Program-made: the position numbers and the translations under genes | The notes under the pieces: model-generated | What the model saw: only the letters and a program-made list of their open reading frames with translations | What the model was told of the DNA's origin: nothing | Database searches by the model: none | Shown: positions 33,601 through 47,224 of the stretch, in pieces | Layout of the letters: every line of letters begins with the position of its first letter | How positions within the stretch are numbered: the stretch's first letter is position 1 | Assembly (NCBI GenBank): GCA_977018835.1 | Contig: OZ361258.1 | Coordinates: forward strand, 2,728,001-2,792,000 | Direction: 5' to 3' | Length of the DNA: 64,000 nt | Origin: Minutocellus sp. GHC0000111 | Taxonomy: Eukaryota

Positions 33601-36600
33601 ACGTACCATCAAGAAAATTAGCAGCGAGGATGGCGCTACGATATCTCGTGATGCTTTCGTCGCTTGGTATTTGGACTGGCTCTTTGGAGGCGATGAGTCC
33701 GATATCGAGAGCGACGAAGGTGAAGATGACGAGGATGGTGATGCCGACGGTGCTGGTGGTACTGGCGGTGCATCGTCATCGGAGGGATGGGGAGGTACCT
33801 TTGGCGCTGCCGAGGAGGGTTCCTGGAAGTGCGATGCTTGTATGGTCCGGAACAAGGCTTCAGATGCCAAATGTGCTGCCTGTGAGACTGCACGCCCTGG
33901 ATACGAAGCCAAGGCTGCGGAGGTATCGAGCGGCGATGGCTCGGCCACTGCGTCGTCAGCGGCGGCGTTTGCATCTGAGATAGGAACTGGTGGATTTTCA
34001 TTCGGTGGCGGTGGTAGTAGCAGCAGTACCGCGGCACCTGCTCCTGCCTCATCCTCATCGATTGGAGCCGGCGGCTTCAGCTTTGGTGGCAATACTACTA
34101 CTAGCAGCGCAGCGACACCAGCTCCGGCCTTTGGCGCATCATCGGCGGTCTCGTCCTCATCTTCAGGCGGAGGCTTCGCGTTTGGTGCGCCCGCCACTGC
34201 AGCACCAGCTCCACCTTCGGGAGTAGGAGGAGGAGGCTTTACGTTCGGCGTCAAGCCTGCCGTCACATCTGCTGCATCTGACAAAGTGAATCCTGACGCC
34301 ACCGCACCCTCAGCTGCCCAACAAGAGAATCCGGCAGCGGAAAAAGAAGACGACGAGGTCTACTCAGACGACCTCATCGGCACCGCCGACACAGCACGGA
34401 CGGCCTACGATGAGATCGCTGAGGGTGCAACATCTCTTCCCAGCAGCAGATTCGACGATCTGCTCGATGTGGTCGGCGAGGGCTTCTATGGCGACGAGAA
34501 GGACGAGCAGCTTGCCATCATCGATCCGAGCAGCACCGGCACCATTACCAAGAAGGCCTTTGTTTCGTGGTACGTCAACTTCGTCACCGCTGCAGATGCC
34601 GACGATGACGAGTCGGCCTCGTTAGATACCGCCGACCGCGAAGAACGCGAGGAGGAAAGGCAGAACGCCGACCAGGCCTTTACTGACACCGTCGGCGAGG
34701 GCATCGATGTTATTGACTCGGCCGCCTTTGGAGATCTGATTGAGTCGATGGGCACTACATACTGTGAGGAAGAGCATCGCCGCACCATCAAGAAGATTAG
34801 CGGTGCGGATGGGAAGATTTCCCGCGATGCATTCATTGCATGGTATCTTGACTGGTTGTTTGGGGGTGATGAGTCCGACATCGAGACGGATGAGGAGGAC
34901 GAAGCCGGCGAAGAAGAAGAGAGACCGGCCACATCGGGTGGAGAAGGGTGGGGCAATGCATTCGGCGTCGAGGAAGGATCCTGGAAGTGCGATGCTTGCA
35001 TGGTGCGTAACAAGGCCGGTGATACCAAGTGTGCTGCTTGTGAGACTGTCCGCCCTGGATACGAAGACAAGCAAGAGGAGAGCAGCGATAGTGCTGCCGC
35101 GAGTGGGTCTGCCATCGGCGCCGGTGGTTTTAGCTTCGGCGGAGGGGCGAGTACTGCTGCTGCGGCCGCTCCTTCGATTGGATCGGGAGGATTCAGCTTT
35201 GGTGGGGCTACTACATCGGCACCAGCACCAGCACCGGCACCTGTAACTGCTGTATCGTCTGGCGGAGGCTTCAGCTTTGGTGCCAAGCCATCATCAACTG
35301 CAACCAGCTCTACTACCGGAGGATTCAGTTTTGGTGCACCGCCTGCGCCTGCGGGCAAGGTACCGGACAAGGCCGAGAAGAAGAAAGACGAGAAGGCAGT
35401 ATCATCCTCAAGTGCAAGTTTCCCCCCTCTTGCGACCAAGGCACCGACGCCCTTCTCGGCAACTGCGAAGGCGAGTGCAGCAGCTCCAGCAGCCACCGCA
35501 AAGCCCGCCGCTTCAAGTAGCGCCTTCCCACCGATGAGTACTGCAGCTCCTAAGAATCCATTCTCGGCAACTGCGAAGGCCCCTGTTGCTGCGGCTCCAG
35601 CACCAGCTCCAGCACCAGCGGCCAAGCCTGCTGCTTCGAGTAGCGCATTCCCGCCGATGAGTACTGCAGCTCCTAAGAATCCGTTCTCCGCTCCCTCGAA
35701 GCCTCCAGCACCAGCACCAGCGGCCAAGTCCGCTGCTTCGAGTAGTGCATTCCCGCCGATGAGTACTGCAGCTCCTAAGAATCCGTTCGCGTCGGTAAAG
35801 CTGACGTCGAGCTCTGCTACAATCGGCAGCACGAGTACGAGCGGTGGCTTTTCGTTTGGCACCCCAAGCACTCTCGGCGGTGGCAGCGGGGCGCCGGCAA
35901 CGACCAAGGGCGGCTTTTCGTTTGGATCGACGGGAAGTGCGACCTTTGGCAGTCCACCGGCCAAGTTGGAGGCCCCCAAGGCCACCGAGCAGGAGAAGTC
36001 AGCGCCGATATTTGGCTCTGGGTCGAAGGCTCCGGTCTTTGGAAGCGGCTCTGGCGTTGGTGGTTTTGCGGCCCTCGCATCGTCTCCAGCTCCTGCTGGT
36101 GCTGGTGCAGGGAGCAAGACATCGTCGACTGGCTTTGGTTTTGGCTTTGGCGGTAGCAGTAGTAGTAGTACTAGTGGTGTCAGCGGTGTTGATTCTTCGA
36201 TGGTGAAGCCATTGTTTGGATCGGTGCCTGCGGCTGCTCCTGCGCCTACGTCTGAAGCCGCACCTGCTCCTGCGCCGGCTGGTGCATCTGCGACTGACAA
36301 TGGTACCGACAACATTAGGGAAGACGATGTTGGAGTATCAGGAACGGCGAAGCCTTTGTCGGATACTGATGAGGCGAGGACAGCCACGGCCGTCTTTGAT
36401 TCTCTCGATGAGGGCAAGAAGGGCAGGGTACCGGCCTCAATGTTCGAGGCGCTCACCGACGAGCTTGGCGAAGGCTTCCACGGGGACGAGTTCGACAAGC
36501 AACTTGCCATCATCGACCCTGAAGGGACGGGCTTCATCGCTCGGTCCTCCTTTGCGGCATGGTACTCGGAGCTTGTCCTCGGAGGCTCTGGAGATGGCGA

Positions 36601-39600
36601 AGATGGTTCCGATGCTGGATCGCTCGACACTGAGGAGCGAGAAGAACGTGAGGAGGAGCGTCAGAATGCTGACGAGGCCTTTACTGCCGCGGCTGGTGAG
36701 GATGTGGACGTCCTTGCCGTGTCAGCCTTCAGTGATCTGATTGAGTCTATGGGCACGACTTACTGCGAAGAGGAGCACCGACGTACCATCAAGAAAATTA
36801 GCAGCGAGGATGGCGCTACGATATCTCGTGATGCTTTCGTCGCTTGGTATTTGGACTGGCTCTTTGGAGGCGATGAGTCCGATATCGAGAGCGACGAAGG
36901 TGAAGATGACGAGGATGGTGATGCCGACGGTGCTGGTGGTACTGGCGGTGCATCGTCATCGGAGGGATGGGGAGGTACCTTTGGCGCTGCCGAGGAGGGT
37001 TCCTGGAAGTGCGATGCTTGTATGGTCCGGAACAAGGCTTCAGATGCCAAATGTGCTGCCTGTGAGACTGCACGCCCTGGATACGAAGCCAAGGCTGCGG
37101 AGGTATCGAGCGGCGATGGCTCGGCCACTGCGTCGTCAGCGGCGGCGTTTGCATCTGAGATAGGAACTGGTGGATTTTCATTCGGTGGCGGTGGTAGTAG
37201 CAGCAGTACCGCGGCACCTGCTCCTGCCTCATCCTCATCGATTGGAGCCGGCGGCTTCAGCTTTGGTGGCAATACTACTACTAGCAGCGCAGCGACACCA
37301 GCTCCGGCCTTTGGCGCATCATCGGCGGTCTCGTCCTCATCTTCAGGCGGAGGCTTCGCGTTTGGTGCGCCCGCCACTGCAGCACCAGCTCCACCTTCGG
37401 GAGTAGGAGGAGGAGGCTTTACGTTCGGCGTCAAGCCTGCCGTCACATCTGCTGCATCTGACAAAGTGAATCCTGACGCCACCGCACCCTCAGCTGCCCA
37501 ACAAGAGAATCCGGCAGCGGAAAAAGAAGACGACGAGGTCTACTCAGACGACCTCATCGGCACCGCCGACACAGCACGGACGGCCTACGATGAGATCGCT
37601 GAGGGTGCAACATCTCTTCCCAGCAGCAGATTCGACGATCTGCTCGATGTGGTCGGCGAGGGCTTCTATGGCGACGAGAAGGACGAGCAGCTTGCCATCA
37701 TCGATCCGAGCAGCACCGGCACCATTACCAAGAAGGCCTTTGTTTCGTGGTACGTCAACTTCGTCACCGCTGCAGATGCCGACGATGACGAGTCGGCCTC
37801 GTTAGATACCGCCGACCGCGAAGAACGCGAGGAGGAAAGGCAGAACGCCGACCAGGCCTTTACTGACACCGTCGGCGAGGGCGTCGATGTTATTGACTCG
37901 GCCGCCTTTGGAGATCTGATTGAGTCGATGGGCACTACATACTGTGAGGAAGAGCATCGCCGCACCATCAAGAAGATTAGCGGTGCGGATGGGAAGATTT
38001 CCCGCGATGCATTCATTGCATGGTATCTTGACTGGTTGTTTGGGGGTGATGAGTCCGACATCGAGACGGATGAGGAGGACGAAGCCGGCGAAGAAGAAGA
38101 GAGACCGGCCACATCGGGTGGAGAAGGGTGGGGCAATGCATTCGGCGTCGAGGAAGGATCCTGGAAGTGCGATGCTTGCATGGTGCGTAACAAGGCCGGT
38201 GATACCAAGTGTGCTGCTTGTGAGACTGTCCGCCCTGGATACGAAGACAAGCAAGAGGAGAGCAGCGATAGTGCTGCCGCGAGTGGGTCTGCCATCGGCG
38301 CCGGTGGTTTTAGCTTCGGCGGAGGGGCGAGTACTGCTGCTGCGGCCGCTCCTTCGATTGGATCGGGAGGATTCAGCTTTGGTGGGGCTACTACATCGGC
38401 ACCAGCACCAGCACCGGCACCTGTAACTGCTGTATCGTCTGGCGGAGGCTTCAGCTTTGGTGCCAAGCCATCATCAACTGCAACCAGCTCTACTACCGGA
38501 GGATTCAGTTTTGGTGCACCGCCTGCGCCTGCGGGCAAGGTACCGGACAAGGCCGAGAAGAAGAAAGACGAGAAGGCAGTATCATCCTCAAGTGCAAGTT
38601 TCCCCCCTCTTGCGACCAAGGCACCGACGCCCTTCTCGGCAACTGCGAAGGCGAGTGCAGCAGCTCCAGCAGCCACCGCAAAGCCCGCCGCTTCAAGTAG
38701 CGCCTTCCCACCGATGAGTACTGCAGCTCCTAAGAATCCATTCTCGGCAACTGCGAAGGCCCCTGTTGCTGCGGCTCCAGCACCAGCTCCAGCACCAGCG
38801 GCCAAGCCTGCTGCTTCGAGTAGCGCATTCCCGCCGATGAGTACTGCAGCTCCTAAGAATCCGTTCTCCGCTCCCTCGAAGCCTCCAGCACCAGCACCAG
38901 CGGCCAAGTCCGCTGCTTCGAGTAGTGCATTCCCGCCGATGAGTACTGCAGCTCCTAAGAATCCGTTCGCGTCGGTAAAGCTGACGTCGAGCTCTGCTAC
39001 AATCGGCAGCACGAGTACGAGCGGTGGCTTTTCGTTTGGCACCCCAAGCACTCTCGGCGGTGGCAGCGGGGCGCCGGCAACGACCAAGGGCGGCTTTTCG
39101 TTTGGATCGACGGGAAGTGCGACCTTTGGCAGTCCACCGGCCAAGTTGGAGGCCCCCAAGGCCACCGAGCAGGAGAAGTCAGCGCCGATATTTGGCTCTG
39201 GGTCGAAGGCTCCGGTCTTTGGAAGCGGCTCTGGCGTTGGTGGTTTTGCGGCCCTCGCATCGTCTCCAGCTCCTGCTGGTGCTGGTGCAGGGAGCAAGAC
39301 ATCGTCGACTGGCTTTGGTTTTGGCTTTGGCGGTAGCAGTAGTAGTAGTACTAGTGGTGTCAGCGGTGTTGATTCTTCGATGGTGAAGCCATTGTTTGGA
39401 TCGGTGCCTGCGGCTGCTCCTGCGCCTACGTCTGAAGCCGCACCTGCTCCTGCGCCGGCTGGTGCATCTGCGACTGACAATGGTACCGACAACATTAGGG
39501 AAGACGATGTTGGAGTATCAGGAACGGCGAAGCCTTTGTCGGATACTGATGAGGCGAGGACAGCCACGGCCGTCTTTGATTCTCTCGATGAGGGCAAGAA

Positions 39601-42600
39601 GGGCAGGGTACCGGCCTCAATGTTCGAGGCGCTCACCGACGAGCTTGGCGAAGGCTTCCACGGGGACGAGTTCGACAAGCAACTTGCCATCATCGACCCT
39701 GAAGGGACGGGCTTCATCGCTCGGTCCTCCTTTGCGGCATGGTACTCGGAGCTTGTCCTCGGAGGCTCTGGAGATGGCGAAGATGGTTCCGATGCTGGAT
39801 CGCTCGACACTGAGGAGCGAGAAGAACGTGAGGAGGAGCGTCAGAATGCTGACGAGGCCTTTACTGCCGCGGCTGGTGAGGATGTGGACGTCCTTGCCGT
39901 GTCAGCCTTCAGTGATCTGATTGAGTCTATGGGCACGACTTACTGCGAAGAGGAGCACCGACGTACCATCAAGAAAATTAGCAGCGAGGATGGCGCTACG
40001 ATATCTCGTGATGCTTTCGTCGCTTGGTATTTGGACTGGCTCTTTGGAGGCGATGAGTCCGACATCGAGAGCGACGAAGGTGAAGATGACGAGGATGGTG
40101 ATGCCGACGGTGCTGGTGGTACTGGCGGTGCATCGTCATCGGAGGGATGGGGAGGTACCTTTGGCGCTGCCGAGGAGGGTTCCTGGAAGTGCGATGCTTG
40201 TATGGTCCGGAACAAGGCTTCAGATGCCAAATGTGCTGCCTGTGAGACTGCACGCCCTGGATACGAAGCCAAGGCTGCGGAGGTATCGAGCGGCGATGGC
40301 TCGGCCACTGCGTCGTCAGCGGCGGCGTTTGCATCTGAGATAGGAACTGGTGGATTTTCATTCGGTGGCGGTGGTAGTAGCAGCAGTACCGCGGCACCTG
40401 CTCCTGCCTCATCCTCATCGATTGGAGCCGGCGGCTTCAGCTTTGGTGGCAATACTACTACTAGCAGCGCAGCGACACCAGCTCCGGCCTTTGGCGCATC
40501 ATCGGCGGTCTCGTCCTCATCTTCAGGCGGAGGCTTCGCGTTTGGTGCGCCCGCCACTGCAGCACCAGCTCCACCTTCGGGAGTAGGAGGAGGAGGCTTT
40601 ACGTTCGGCGTCAAGCCTGCCGTCACATCTGCTGCATCTGACAAAGTGAATCCTGACGCCACCGCACCCTCAGCTGCCCAACAAGAGAATCCGGCAGCGG
40701 AAAAAGAAGACGACGAGGTCTACTCAGACGACCTCATCGGCACCGCCGACACAGCACGGACGGCCTACGATGAGATCGCTGAGGGTGCAACATCTCTTCC
40801 CAGCAGCAGATTCGACGATCTGCTCGATGTGGTCGGCGAGGGCTTCTATGGCGACGAGAAGGACGAGCAGCTTGCCATCATCGATCCGAGCAGCACCGGC
40901 ACCATTACCAAGAAGGCCTTTGTTTCGTGGTACGTCAACTTCGTCACCGCTGCAGATGCCGACGATGACGAGTCGGCCTCGTTAGATACCGCCGACCGCG
41001 AAGAACGCGAGGAGGAAAGGCAGAACGCCGACCAGGCCTTTACTGACACCGTCGGCGAGGGCGTCGATGTTATTGACTCGGCCGCCTTTGGAGATCTGAT
41101 TGAGTCGATGGGCACTACATACTGTGAGGAAGAGCATCGCCGCACCATCAAGAAGATTAGCGGTGCGGATGGGAAGATTTCCCGCGATGCATTCATTGCA
41201 TGGTATCTTGACTGGTTGTTTGGGGGTGATGAGTCCGACATCGAGACGGATGAGGAGGACGAAGCCGGCGAAGAAGAAGAGAGACCGGCCACATCGGGTG
41301 GAGAAGGGTGGGGCAATGCATTCGGCGTCGAGGAAGGATCCTGGAAGTGCGATGCTTGCATGGTGCGTAACAAGGCCGGTGATACCAAGTGTGCTGCTTG
41401 TGAGACTGTCCGCCCTGGATACGAAGACAAGCAAGAGGAGAGCAGCGATAGTGCTGCCGCGAGTGGGTCTGCCATCGGCGCCGGTGGTTTTAGCTTCGGC
41501 GGAGGGGCGAGTACTGCTGCTGCGGCCGCTCCTTCGATTGGATCGGGAGGATTCAGCTTTGGTGGGGCTACTACATCGGCACCAGCACCAGCACCGGCAC
41601 CTGTAACTGCTGTATCGTCTGGCGGAGGCTTCAGCTTTGGTGCCAAGCCATCATCAACTGCAACCAGCTCTACTACCGGAGGATTCAGTTTTGGTGCACC
41701 GCCTGCGCCTGCGGGCAAGGTACCGGACAAGGCCGAGAAGAAGAAAGACGAGAAGGCAGTATCATCCTCAAGTGCAAGTTTCCCCCCTCTTGCGACCAAG
41801 GCACCGACGCCCTTCTCGGCAACTGCGAAGGCGAGTGCAGCAGCTCCAGCAGCCACCGCAAAGCCCGCCGCTTCAAGTAGCGCCTTCCCACCGATGAGTA
41901 CTGCAGCTCCTAAGAATCCATTCTCGGCAACTGCGAAGGCCCCTGTTGCTGCGGCTCCAGCACCAGCTCCAGCACCAGCGGCCAAGCCTGCTGCTTCGAG
42001 TAGCGCATTCCCGCCGATGAGTACTGCAGCTCCTAAGAATCCGTTCTCCGCTCCCTCGAAGCCTCCAGCACCAGCACCAGCGGCCAAGTCCGCTGCTTCG
42101 AGTAGTGCATTCCCGCCGATGAGTACTGCAGCTCCTAAGAATCCGTTCGCGTCGGTAAAGCTGACGTCGAGCTCTGCTACAATCGGCAGCACGAGTACGA
42201 GCGGTGGCTTTTCGTTTGGCACCCCAAGCACTCTCGGCGGTGGCAGCGGGGCGCCGGCAACGACCAAGGGCGGCTTTTCGTTTGGATCGACGGGAAGTGC
42301 GACCTTTGGCAGTCCACCGGCCAAGTTGGAGGCCCCCAAGGCCACCGAGCAGGAGAAGTCAGCGCCGATATTTGGCTCTGGGTCGAAGGCTCCGGTCTTT
42401 GGAAGCGGCTCTGGCGTTGGTGGTTTTGCGGCCCTCGCATCGTCTCCAGCTCCTGCTGGTGCTGGTGCAGGGAGCAAGACATCGTCGACTGGCTTTGGTT
42501 TTGGCTTTGGCGGTAGCAGTAGTAGTAGTACTAGTGGTGTCAGCGGTGTTGATTCTTCGATGGTGAAGCCATTGTTTGGATCGGTGCCTGCGGCTGCTCC

Positions 42601-45600
42601 TGCGCCTACGTCTGAAGCCGCACCTGCTCCTGCGCCGGCTGGTGCATCTGCGACTGACAATGGTACCGACAACATTAGGGAAGACGATGTTGGAGTATCA
42701 GGAACGGCGAAGCCTTTGTCGGATACTGATGAGGCGAGGACAGCCACGGCCGTCTTTGATTCTCTCGATGAGGGCAAGAAGGGCAGGGTACCGGCCTCAA
42801 TGTTCGAGGCGCTCACCGACGAGCTTGGCGAAGGCTTCCACGGGGACGAGTTCGACAAGCAACTTGCCATCATCGACCCTGAAGGGACGGGCTTCATCGC
42901 TCGGTCCTCCTTTGCGGCATGGTACTCGGAGCTTGTCCTCGGAGGCTCTGGAGATGGCGAAGATGGTTCCGATGCTGGATCGCTCGACACTGAGGAGCGA
43001 GAAGAACGTGAGGAGGAGCGTCAGAATGCTGACGAGGCCTTTACTGCCGCGGCTGGTGAGGATGTGGACGTCCTTGCCGTGTCAGCCTTCAGTGATCTGA
43101 TTGAGTCTATGGGCACGACTTACTGCGAAGAGGAGCACCGACGTACCATCAAGAAAATTAGCAGCGAGGATGGCGCTACGATATCTCGTGATGCTTTCGT
43201 CGCTTGGTATTTGGACTGGCTCTTTGGAGGCGATGAGTCCGATATCGAGAGCGACGAAGGTGAAGATGACGAGGATGGTGATGCCGACGGTGCTGGTGGT
43301 ACTGGCGGTGCATCGTCATCGGAGGGATGGGGAGGTACCTTTGGCGCTGCCGAGGAGGGTTCCTGGAAGTGCGATGCTTGTATGGTCCGGAACAAGGCTT
43401 CAGATGCCAAATGTGCTGCCTGTGAGACTGCACGCCCTGGATACGAAGCCAAGGCTGCGGAGGTATCGAGCGGCGATGGCTCGGCCACTGCGTCGTCAGC
43501 GGCGGCGTTTGCATCTGAGATAGGAACTGGTGGATTTTCATTCGGTGGCGGTGGTAGTAGCAGCAGTACCGCGGCACCTGCTCCTGCCTCATCCTCATCG
43601 ATTGGAGCCGGCGGCTTCAGCTTTGGTGGCAATACTACTACTAGCAGCGCAGCGACACCAGCTCCGGCCTTTGGCGCATCATCGGCGGTCTCGTCCTCAT
43701 CTTCAGGCGGAGGCTTCGCGTTTGGTGCGCCCGCCACTGCAGCACCAGCTCCACCTTCGGGAGTAGGAGGAGGAGGCTTTACGTTCGGCGTCAAGCCTGC
43801 CGTCACATCTGCTGCATCTGACAAAGTGAATCCTGACGCCACCGCACCCTCAGCTGCCCAACAAGAGAATCCGGCAGCGGAAAAAGAAGACGACGAGGTC
43901 TACTCAGACGACCTCATCGGCACCGCCGACACAGCACGGACGGCCTACGATGAGATCGCTGAGGGTGCAACATCTCTTCCCAGCAGCAGATTCGACGATC
44001 TGCTCGATGTGGTCGGCGAGGGCTTCTATGGCGACGAGAAGGACGAGCAGCTTGCCATCATCGATCCGAGCAGCACCGGCACCATTACCAAGAAGGCCTT
44101 TGTTTCGTGGTACGTCAACTTCGTCACCGCTGCAGATGCCGACGATGACGAGTCGGCCTCGTTAGATACCGCCGACCGCGAAGAACGCGAGGAGGAAAGG
44201 CAGAACGCCGACCAGGCCTTTACTGACACCGTCGGCGAGGGCGTCGATGTTATTGACTCGGCCGCCTTTGGAGATCTGATTGAGTCGATGGGCACTACAT
44301 ACTGTGAGGAAGAGCATCGCCGCACCATCAAGAAGATTAGCGGTGCGGATGGGAAGATTTCCCGCGATGCATTCATTGCATGGTATCTTGACTGGTTGTT
44401 TGGGGGTGATGAGTCCGACATCGAGACGGATGAGGAGGACGAAGCCGGCGAAGAAGAAGAGAGACCGGCCACATCGGGTGGAGAAGGGTGGGGCAATGCA
44501 TTCGGCGTCGAGGAAGGATCCTGGAAGTGCGATGCTTGCATGGTGCGTAACAAGGCCGGTGATACCAAGTGTGCTGCTTGTGAGACTGTCCGCCCTGGAT
44601 ACGAAGACAAGCAAGAGGAGAGCAGCGATAGTGCTGCCGCGAGTGGGTCTGCCATCGGCGCCGGTGGTTTTAGCTTCGGCGGAGGGGCGAGTACTGCTGC
44701 TGCGGCCGCTCCTTCGATTGGATCGGGAGGATTCAGCTTTGGTGGGGCTACTACATCGGCACCAGCACCAGCACCGGCACCTGTAACTGCTGTATCGTCT
44801 GGCGGAGGCTTCAGCTTTGGTGCCAAGCCATCATCAACTGCAACCAGCTCTACTACCGGAGGATTCAGTTTTGGTGCACCGCCTGCGCCTGCGGGCAAGG
44901 TACCGGACAAGGCCGAGAAGAAGAAAGACGAGAAGGCAGTATCATCCTCAAGTGCAAGTTTCCCCCCTCTTGCGACCAAGGCACCGACGCCCTTCTCGGC
45001 AACTGCGAAGGCGAGTGCAGCAGCTCCAGCAGCCACCGCAAAGCCCGCCGCTTCAAGTAGCGCCTTCCCACCGATGAGTACTGCAGCTCCTAAGAATCCA
45101 TTCTCGGCAACTGCGAAGGCCCCTGTTGCTGCGGCTCCAGCACCAGCTCCAGCACCAGCGGCCAAGCCTGCTGCTTCGAGTAGCGCATTCCCGCCGATGA
45201 GTACTGCAGCTCCTAAGAATCCGTTCTCCGCTCCCTCGAAGCCTCCAGCACCAGCACCAGCGGCCAAGCCTGCTGCTTCGAGTAGCGCATTCCCGCCGAT
45301 GAGTACTGCAGCTCCTAAGAATCCGTTCTCCGCTCCCTCGAAGCCTCCAGCACCAGCACCAGCGGCCAAGCCTGCTGCTTCGAGTAGCGCATTCCCGCCG
45401 ATGAGTACTGCAGCTCCTAAGAATCCGTTCTCCGCTCCCTCGAAGCCTCCAGCACCAGCACCAGCGGCCAAGTCCGCTGCTTCGAGTAGTGCATTCCCGC
45501 CGATGAGTACTGCAGCTCCTAAGAATCCGTTCGCGTCGGTAAAGCTGACGTCGAGCTCTGCTACAATCGGCAGCACGAGTACGAGCGGTGGCTTTTCGTT

Positions 45601-47224
45601 TGGCACCCCAAGCACTCTCGGCGGTGGCAGCGGGGCGCCGGCAACGACCAAGGGCGGCTTTTCGTTTGGATCGACGGGAAGTGCGACCTTTGGCAGTCCA
45701 CCGGCCAAGTTGGAGGCCCCCAAGGCCACCGAGCAGGAGAAGTCAGCGCCGATATTTGGCTCTGGGTCGAAGGCTCCGGTCTTTGGAAGCGGCTCTGGCG
45801 TTGGTGGTTTTGCGGCCCTCGCATCGTCTCCAGCTCCTGCTGGTGCTGGTGCAGGGAGCAAGACATCGTCGACTGGCTTTGGTTTTGGCTTTGGCGGTAG
45901 CAGTAGTAGTAGTACTAGTGGTGTCAGCGGTGTTGATTCTTCGATGGTGAAGCCATTGTTTGGATCGGTGCCTGCGGCTGCTCCTGCGCCTACGTCTGAA
46001 GCCGCACCTGCTCCTGCGCCGGCTGGTGCATCTGCGACTGACAATGGTACCGACAACATTAGGGAAGACGATGTTGGAGTATCAGGAACGGCGAAGCCTT
46101 TGTCGGATACTGATGAGGCGAGGACAGCCACGGCCGTCTTTGATTCTCTCGATGAGGGCAAGAAGGGCAGGGTACCGGCCTCAATGTTCGAGGCGCTCAC
46201 CGACGAGCTTGGCGAAGGCTTCCACGGGGACGAGTTCGACAAGCAACTTGCCATCATCGACCCTGAAGGGACGGGCTTCATCGCTCGGTCCTCCTTTGCG
46301 GCATGGTACTCGGAGCTTGTCCTCGGAGGCTCTGGAGATGGCGAAGATGGTTCCGATGCTGGATCGCTCGACACTGAGGAGCGAGAAGAACGTGAGGAGG
46401 AGCGTCAGAATGCTGACGAGGCCTTTACTGCCGCGGCTGGTGAGGATGTGGACGTCCTTGCCGTGTCAGCCTTCAGTGATCTGATTGAGTCTATGGGCAC
46501 GACTTACTGCGAAGAGGAGCACCGACGTACCATCAAGAAAATTAGCAGCGAGGATGGCGCTACGATATCTCGTGATGCTTTCGTCGCTTGGTATTTGGAC
46601 TGGCTCTTTGGAGGCGATGAGTCCGATATCGAGAGCGACGAAGGTGAAGATGACGAGGATGGTGATGCCGACGGTGCTGGTGGTACTGGCGGTGCATCGT
46701 CATCGGAGGGATGGGGAGGTACCTTTGGCGCTGCCGAGGAGGGTTCCTGGAAGTGCGATGCTTGTATGGTCCGGAACAAGGCTTCAGATGCCAAATGTGC
46801 TGCCTGTGAGACTGCACGCCCTGGATACGAAGCCAAGGCTGCGGAGGTATCGAGCGGCGATGGCTCGGCCACTGCGTCGTCAGCGGCGGCGTTTGCATCT
46901 GAGATAGGAACTGGTGGATTTTCATTCGGTGGCGGTGGTAGTAGCAGCAGTACCGCGGCACCTGCTCCTGCCTCATCCTCATCGATTGGAGCCGGCGGCT
47001 TCAGCTTTGGTGGCAATACTACTACTAGCAGCGCAGCGACACCAGCTCCGGCCTTTGGCGCATCATCGGCGGTCTCGTCCTCATCTTCAGGCGGAGGCTT
47101 CGCGTTTGGTGCGCCCGCCACTGCAGCACCAGCTCCACCTTCGGGAGTAGGAGGAGGAGGCTTTACGTTCGGCGTCAAGCCTGCCGTCACATCTGCTGCA
47201 TCTGACAAAGTGAATGGTGCGTAA
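21632..47224 (+). CDS. Giant FG-repeat nucleoporin-like protein (8530 aa as assembled): FG region, small helical domain, cyclophilin, PxFG repeats, then 7 repeat units with EF-hand-like modules and RanBP2-type zinc fingers
   Basis: Single open frame of 25.6 kb with abundant GGFSFG, PLFG and PxFG motifs. [25 protein letters not shown] matches the W-x-C-x2-C-x3-N-x6-C-x2-C RanBP2 finger. The stop at 47222-47224 results directly from the 710-nt deletion. Confidence 0.85.
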   Translation: MAPPTDVLVASPSSSAAAGAAAGPTTTNHTPIPANCASLQRIRRARERWEASKKKLRPVEQGGEGRGVVSPLAPPLPPPPSPSSFRSPRRDAKAAITGSSGGGAGIGGSAAKEDKAVDAVAKGSAGAAVAAPVPATTAPAQFTFSMSPPSSSGAKPAVKIDFGVASKADSWGGSKSEGAGTAANVTGATTTALFGAKPSAKAPAASSFGAAATAGSNGGGGFFSSVKVPTATGVVTEEGATPTPSTAFSFGGGSIGGTGGTAGFGAAGGSAVSRPLFGAPAPAPAPLFGASSPAPAPLFGAATAEKKSDGKSEDKEKTEEAARTDYHAKLVAFYTKHNPSKLSTVDKTLESYKGKENVLFQKLERKYCPSAATTSAPVEVALPPGVLPPPPVGEVKDSRPTVYLDLTLGGETLGRVTIQLYTDLVPLASENFRALCTGEKGNGRSSSKPLHYKGCSFHRIVPNFVVQGGDFTKHNGTGGESIYAGTEHGDMWGKFKDEKPFLGHTRKGLLSMANNGPNANGSQFFITLRRTPHLDGKHVVFGCVTEGMEFVDTMVEKTVRDKAGKPTGETKVVINDCGEIGGKKKATSEVAQTTSADTSAPAPTSAFSFGAKLAGSSSFSFGATTKPPAFSFAKAPVPALASAGGDSAGEKHNKKEPAPASAVSSAPKTVSASAAFPPMSAAPPKNPFSAPKAAAASNPAPAPASASIFGSSSAAPSFGSGNAPTFGSRPTPVFGSSSTPLFGSSSAPTFGSGSAPPFGSGSAPAFGSSFGSSTAKGATGGGGFAALASSPAKSTAFGGFGTTDTSGSTGFSLGSFTARTDPSMVKPLFDATTSAHNDTPTVKAADNESENEQENPAAEKEDDEVYSDDLIGTADTARTAYDEIAEGATSLPSSRFDDLLDVVGEGFYGDEKDEQLAIIDPSSTGTITKKAFVSWYVNFVTAADADDDESASLDTADREEREEERQNADQAFTDTVGEGIDVIDSAAFGDLIESMGTTYCEEEHRRTIKKISGADGKISRDAFIAWYLDWLFGGDESDIETDEEDEAGEEEERPATSGGEGWGNAFGVEEGSWKCDACMVRNKAGDTKCAACETVRPGYEDKQEESSDSAAASGSAIGAGGFSFGGGASTAAAAAPSIGSGGFSFGGATTSAPAPAPVTAVSSGGGFSFGAKPSSTATSSTTGGFSFGAPPAPAGKVPDKAEKKKDEKAVSSSSASFPPLATKAPTPFSATAKASAAAPAATAKPAASSSAFPPMSTAAPKNPFSATAKAPVAAAPAPAPAPAAKPAASSSAFPPMSTAAPKNPFSAPSKPPAPAPAAKPAASSSAFPPMSTAAPKNPFSAPSKPPAPAPAAKPAASSSAFPPMSTAAPKNPFSAPSKPPAPAPAAKSAASSSAFPPMSTAAPKNPFASVKLTSSSATIGSTSTSGGFSFGTPSTLGGGSGAPATTKGGFSFGSTGSATFGSPPAKLEAPKATEQEKSAPIFGSGSKAPVFGSGSGVGGFAALASSPAPAGAGAGSKTSSTGFGFGFGGSSSSSTSGVSGVDSSMVKPLFGSVPAAAPAPTSEAAPAPAPAGASATDNGTDNIREDDVGVSGTAKPLSDTDEARTATAVFDSLDEGKKGRVPASMFEALTDELGEGFHGDEFDKQLAIIDPEGTGFIARSSFAAWYSELVLGGSGDGEDGSDAGSLDTEEREEREEERQNADEAFTAAAGEDVDVLAVSAFSDLIESMGTTYCEEEHRRTIKKISSEDGATISRDAFVAWYLDWLFGGDESDIESDEGEDDEDGDADGAGGTGGASSSEGWGGTFGAAEEGSWKCDACMVRNKASDAKCAACETARPGYEAKAAEVSSGDGSATASSAAAFASEIGTGGFSFGGGGSSSSTAAPAPASSSSIGAGGFSFGGNTTTSSAATPAPAFGASSAVSSSSSGGGFAFGAPATAAPAPPSGVGGGGFTFGVKPAVTSAASDKVNPDATAPSAAQQENPAAEKEDDEVYSDDLIGTADTARTAYDEIAEGATSLPSSRFDDLLDVVGEGFYGDEKDEQLAIIDPSSTGTITKKAFVSWYVNFVTAADADDDESASLDTADREEREEERQNADQAFTDTVGEGIDVIDSAAFGDLIESMGTTYCEEEHRRTIKKISGADGKISRDAFIAWYLDWLFGGDESDIETDEEDEAGEEEERPATSGGEGWGNAFGVEEGSWKCDACMVRNKAGDTKCAACETVRPGYEDKQEESSDSAAASGSAIGAGGFSFGGGASTAAAAAPSIGSGGFSFGGATTSAPAPAPVTAVSSGGGFSFGAKPSSTATSSTTGGFSFGAPPAPAGKVPDKAEKKKDEKAVSSSSASFPPLATKAPTPFSATAKASAAAPAATAKPAASSSAFPPMSTAAPKNPFSATAKAPVAAAPAPAPAPAAKPAASSSAFPPMSTAAPKNPFSAPSKPPAPAPAAKPAASSSAFPPMSTAAPKNPFSAPSKPPAPAPAAKPAASSSAFPPMSTAAPKNPFSAPSKPPAPAPAAKSAASSSAFPPMSTAAPKNPFASVKLTSSSATIGSTSTSGGFSFGTPSTLGGGSGAPATTKGGFSFGSTGSATFGSPPAKLEAPKATEQEKSAPIFGSGSKAPVFGSGSGVGGFAALASSPAPAGAGAGSKTSSTGFGFGFGGSSSSSTSGVSGVDSSMVKPLFGSVPAAAPAPTSEAAPAPAPAGASATDNGTDNIREDDVGVSGTAKPLSDTDEARTATAVFDSLDEGKKGRVPASMFEALTDELGEGFHGDEFDKQLAIIDPEGTGFIARSSFAAWYSELVLGGSGDGEDGSDAGSLDTEEREEREEERQNADEAFTAAAGEDVDVLAVSAFSDLIESMGTTYCEEEHRRTIKKISSEDGATISRDAFVAWYLDWLFGGDESDIESDEGEDDEDGDADGAGGTGGASSSEGWGGTFGAAEEGSWKCDACMVRNKASDAKCAACETARPGYEAKAAEVSSGDGSATASSAAAFASEIGTGGFSFGGGGSSSSTAAPAPASSSSIGAGGFSFGGNTTTSSAATPAPAFGASSAVSSSSSGGGFAFGAPATAAPAPPSGVGGGGFTFGVKPAVTSAASDKVNPDATAPSAAQQENPAAEKEDDEVYSDDLIGTADTARTAYDEIAEGATSLPSSRFDDLLDVVGEGFYGDEKDEQLAIIDPSSTGTITKKAFVSWYVNFVTAADADDDESASLDTADREEREEERQNADQAFTDTVGEGIDVIDSAAFGDLIESMGTTYCEEEHRRTIKKISGADGKISRDAFIAWYLDWLFGGDESDIETDEEDEAGEEEERPATSGGEGWGNAFGVEEGSWKCDACMVRNKAGDTKCAACETVRPGYEDKQEESSDSAAASGSAIGAGGFSFGGGASTAAAAAPSIGSGGFSFGGATTSAPAPAPVTAVSSGGGFSFGAKPSSTATSSTTGGFSFGAPPAPAGKVPDKAEKKKDEKAVSSSSASFPPLATKAPTPFSATAKASAAAPAATAKPAASSSAFPPMSTAAPKNPFSATAKAPVAAAPAPAPAPAAKPAASSSAFPPMSTAAPKNPFSAPSKPPAPAPAAKPAASSSAFPPMSTAAPKNPFSAPSKPPAPAPAAKPAASSSAFPPMSTAAPKNPFSAPSKPPAPAPAAKSAASSSAFPPMSTAAPKNPFASVKLTSSSATIGSTSTSGGFSFGTPSTLGGGSGAPATTKGGFSFGSTGSATFGSPPAKLEAPKATEQEKSAPIFGSGSKAPVFGSGSGVGGFAALASSPAPAGAGAGSKTSSTGFGFGFGGSSSSSTSGVSGVDSSMVKPLFGSVPAAAPAPTSEAAPAPAPAGASATDNGTDNIREDDVGVSGTAKPLSDTDEARTATAVFDSLDEGKKGRVPASMFEALTDELGEGFHGDEFDKQLAIIDPEGTGFIARSSFAAWYSELVLGGSGDGEDGSDAGSLDTEEREEREEERQNADEAFTAAAGEDVDVLAVSAFSDLIESMGTTYCEEEHRRTIKKISSEDGATISRDAFVAWYLDWLFGGDESDIESDEGEDDEDGDADGAGGTGGASSSEGWGGTFGAAEEGSWKCDACMVRNKASDAKCAACETARPGYEAKAAEVSSGDGSATASSAAAFASEIGTGGFSFGGGGSSSSTAAPAPASSSSIGAGGFSFGGNTTTSSAATPAPAFGASSAVSSSSSGGGFAFGAPATAAPAPPSGVGGGGFTFGVKPAVTSAASDKVNPDATAPSAAQQENPAAEKEDDEVYSDDLIGTADTARTAYDEIAEGATSLPSSRFDDLLDVVGEGFYGDEKDEQLAIIDPSSTGTITKKAFVSWYVNFVTAADADDDESASLDTADREEREEERQNADQAFTDTVGEGIDVIDSAAFGDLIESMGTTYCEEEHRRTIKKISGADGKISRDAFIAWYLDWLFGGDESDIETDEEDEAGEEEERPATSGGEGWGNAFGVEEGSWKCDACMVRNKAGDTKCAACETVRPGYEDKQEESSDSAAASGSAIGAGGFSFGGGASTAAAAAPSIGSGGFSFGGATTSAPAPAPAPVTAVSSGGGFSFGAKPSSTATSSTTGGFSFGAPPAPAGKVPDKAEKKKDEKAVSSSSASFPPLATKAPTPFSATAKASAAAPAATAKPAASSSAFPPMSTAAPKNPFSATAKAPVAAAPAPAPAPAAKPAASSSAFPPMSTAAPKNPFSAPSKPPAPAPAAKSAASSSAFPPMSTAAPKNPFASVKLTSSSATIGSTSTSGGFSFGTPSTLGGGSGAPATTKGGFSFGSTGSATFGSPPAKLEAPKATEQEKSAPIFGSGSKAPVFGSGSGVGGFAALASSPAPAGAGAGSKTSSTGFGFGFGGSSSSSTSGVSGVDSSMVKPLFGSVPAAAPAPTSEAAPAPAPAGASATDNGTDNIREDDVGVSGTAKPLSDTDEARTATAVFDSLDEGKKGRVPASMFEALTDELGEGFHGDEFDKQLAIIDPEGTGFIARSSFAAWYSELVLGGSGDGEDGSDAGSLDTEEREEREEERQNADEAFTAAAGEDVDVLAVSAFSDLIESMGTTYCEEEHRRTIKKISSEDGATISRDAFVAWYLDWLFGGDESDIESDEGEDDEDGDADGAGGTGGASSSEGWGGTFGAAEEGSWKCDACMVRNKASDAKCAACETARPGYEAKAAEVSSGDGSATASSAAAFASEIGTGGFSFGGGGSSSSTAAPAPASSSSIGAGGFSFGGNTTTSSAATPAPAFGASSAVSSSSSGGGFAFGAPATAAPAPPSGVGGGGFTFGVKPAVTSAASDKVNPDATAPSAAQQENPAAEKEDDEVYSDDLIGTADTARTAYDEIAEGATSLPSSRFDDLLDVVGEGFYGDEKDEQLAIIDPSSTGTITKKAFVSWYVNFVTAADADDDESASLDTADREEREEERQNADQAFTDTVGEGVDVIDSAAFGDLIESMGTTYCEEEHRRTIKKISGADGKISRDAFIAWYLDWLFGGDESDIETDEEDEAGEEEERPATSGGEGWGNAFGVEEGSWKCDACMVRNKAGDTKCAACETVRPGYEDKQEESSDSAAASGSAIGAGGFSFGGGASTAAAAAPSIGSGGFSFGGATTSAPAPAPAPVTAVSSGGGFSFGAKPSSTATSSTTGGFSFGAPPAPAGKVPDKAEKKKDEKAVSSSSASFPPLATKAPTPFSATAKASAAAPAATAKPAASSSAFPPMSTAAPKNPFSATAKAPVAAAPAPAPAPAAKPAASSSAFPPMSTAAPKNPFSAPSKPPAPAPAAKSAASSSAFPPMSTAAPKNPFASVKLTSSSATIGSTSTSGGFSFGTPSTLGGGSGAPATTKGGFSFGSTGSATFGSPPAKLEAPKATEQEKSAPIFGSGSKAPVFGSGSGVGGFAALASSPAPAGAGAGSKTSSTGFGFGFGGSSSSSTSGVSGVDSSMVKPLFGSVPAAAPAPTSEAAPAPAPAGASATDNGTDNIREDDVGVSGTAKPLSDTDEARTATAVFDSLDEGKKGRVPASMFEALTDELGEGFHGDEFDKQLAIIDPEGTGFIARSSFAAWYSELVLGGSGDGEDGSDAGSLDTEEREEREEERQNADEAFTAAAGEDVDVLAVSAFSDLIESMGTTYCEEEHRRTIKKISSEDGATISRDAFVAWYLDWLFGGDESDIESDEGEDDEDGDADGAGGTGGASSSEGWGGTFGAAEEGSWKCDACMVRNKASDAKCAACETARPGYEAKAAEVSSGDGSATASSAAAFASEIGTGGFSFGGGGSSSSTAAPAPASSSSIGAGGFSFGGNTTTSSAATPAPAFGASSAVSSSSSGGGFAFGAPATAAPAPPSGVGGGGFTFGVKPAVTSAASDKVNPDATAPSAAQQENPAAEKEDDEVYSDDLIGTADTARTAYDEIAEGATSLPSSRFDDLLDVVGEGFYGDEKDEQLAIIDPSSTGTITKKAFVSWYVNFVTAADADDDESASLDTADREEREEERQNADQAFTDTVGEGVDVIDSAAFGDLIESMGTTYCEEEHRRTIKKISGADGKISRDAFIAWYLDWLFGGDESDIETDEEDEAGEEEERPATSGGEGWGNAFGVEEGSWKCDACMVRNKAGDTKCAACETVRPGYEDKQEESSDSAAASGSAIGAGGFSFGGGASTAAAAAPSIGSGGFSFGGATTSAPAPAPAPVTAVSSGGGFSFGAKPSSTATSSTTGGFSFGAPPAPAGKVPDKAEKKKDEKAVSSSSASFPPLATKAPTPFSATAKASAAAPAATAKPAASSSAFPPMSTAAPKNPFSATAKAPVAAAPAPAPAPAAKPAASSSAFPPMSTAAPKNPFSAPSKPPAPAPAAKSAASSSAFPPMSTAAPKNPFASVKLTSSSATIGSTSTSGGFSFGTPSTLGGGSGAPATTKGGFSFGSTGSATFGSPPAKLEAPKATEQEKSAPIFGSGSKAPVFGSGSGVGGFAALASSPAPAGAGAGSKTSSTGFGFGFGGSSSSSTSGVSGVDSSMVKPLFGSVPAAAPAPTSEAAPAPAPAGASATDNGTDNIREDDVGVSGTAKPLSDTDEARTATAVFDSLDEGKKGRVPASMFEALTDELGEGFHGDEFDKQLAIIDPEGTGFIARSSFAAWYSELVLGGSGDGEDGSDAGSLDTEEREEREEERQNADEAFTAAAGEDVDVLAVSAFSDLIESMGTTYCEEEHRRTIKKISSEDGATISRDAFVAWYLDWLFGGDESDIESDEGEDDEDGDADGAGGTGGASSSEGWGGTFGAAEEGSWKCDACMVRNKASDAKCAACETARPGYEAKAAEVSSGDGSATASSAAAFASEIGTGGFSFGGGGSSSSTAAPAPASSSSIGAGGFSFGGNTTTSSAATPAPAFGASSAVSSSSSGGGFAFGAPATAAPAPPSGVGGGGFTFGVKPAVTSAASDKVNPDATAPSAAQQENPAAEKEDDEVYSDDLIGTADTARTAYDEIAEGATSLPSSRFDDLLDVVGEGFYGDEKDEQLAIIDPSSTGTITKKAFVSWYVNFVTAADADDDESASLDTADREEREEERQNADQAFTDTVGEGVDVIDSAAFGDLIESMGTTYCEEEHRRTIKKISGADGKISRDAFIAWYLDWLFGGDESDIETDEEDEAGEEEERPATSGGEGWGNAFGVEEGSWKCDACMVRNKAGDTKCAACETVRPGYEDKQEESSDSAAASGSAIGAGGFSFGGGASTAAAAAPSIGSGGFSFGGATTSAPAPAPAPVTAVSSGGGFSFGAKPSSTATSSTTGGFSFGAPPAPAGKVPDKAEKKKDEKAVSSSSASFPPLATKAPTPFSATAKASAAAPAATAKPAASSSAFPPMSTAAPKNPFSATAKAPVAAAPAPAPAPAAKPAASSSAFPPMSTAAPKNPFSAPSKPPAPAPAAKPAASSSAFPPMSTAAPKNPFSAPSKPPAPAPAAKPAASSSAFPPMSTAAPKNPFSAPSKPPAPAPAAKSAASSSAFPPMSTAAPKNPFASVKLTSSSATIGSTSTSGGFSFGTPSTLGGGSGAPATTKGGFSFGSTGSATFGSPPAKLEAPKATEQEKSAPIFGSGSKAPVFGSGSGVGGFAALASSPAPAGAGAGSKTSSTGFGFGFGGSSSSSTSGVSGVDSSMVKPLFGSVPAAAPAPTSEAAPAPAPAGASATDNGTDNIREDDVGVSGTAKPLSDTDEARTATAVFDSLDEGKKGRVPASMFEALTDELGEGFHGDEFDKQLAIIDPEGTGFIARSSFAAWYSELVLGGSGDGEDGSDAGSLDTEEREEREEERQNADEAFTAAAGEDVDVLAVSAFSDLIESMGTTYCEEEHRRTIKKISSEDGATISRDAFVAWYLDWLFGGDESDIESDEGEDDEDGDADGAGGTGGASSSEGWGGTFGAAEEGSWKCDACMVRNKASDAKCAACETARPGYEAKAAEVSSGDGSATASSAAAFASEIGTGGFSFGGGGSSSSTAAPAPASSSSIGAGGFSFGGNTTTSSAATPAPAFGASSAVSSSSSGGGFAFGAPATAAPAPPSGVGGGGFTFGVKPAVTSAASDKVNGA
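22604..22732 (+). other. Small helical domain [43 protein letters not shown]
   Basis: Ordered amphipathic island inside low-complexity sequence; the LxxFYxxHNPxKLxxVDxxLxxYxGxExxLxxxLxxKY pattern is one I recall from uncharacterised protist proteins. Confidence 0.55.
22826..23371 (+). other. Cyclophilin-type PPIase domain (divergent-loop type)
   Basis: [79 protein letters not shown]. Confidence 0.97.
23753..23946 (+). repeat. Degenerate 24-nt coding repeat encoding PxFGSxxx octapeptides
   Basis: [64 protein letters not shown]. Confidence 0.85.
25362..25852 (+). repeat. Nested 102-nt (34-aa) subrepeat [34 protein letters not shown], present in every complete unit (coordinates for unit 1)
   Basis: Five [12 protein letters not shown] motifs in the long units and three in units 4-6, a difference of 204 nt. 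Confidence 0.95.
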
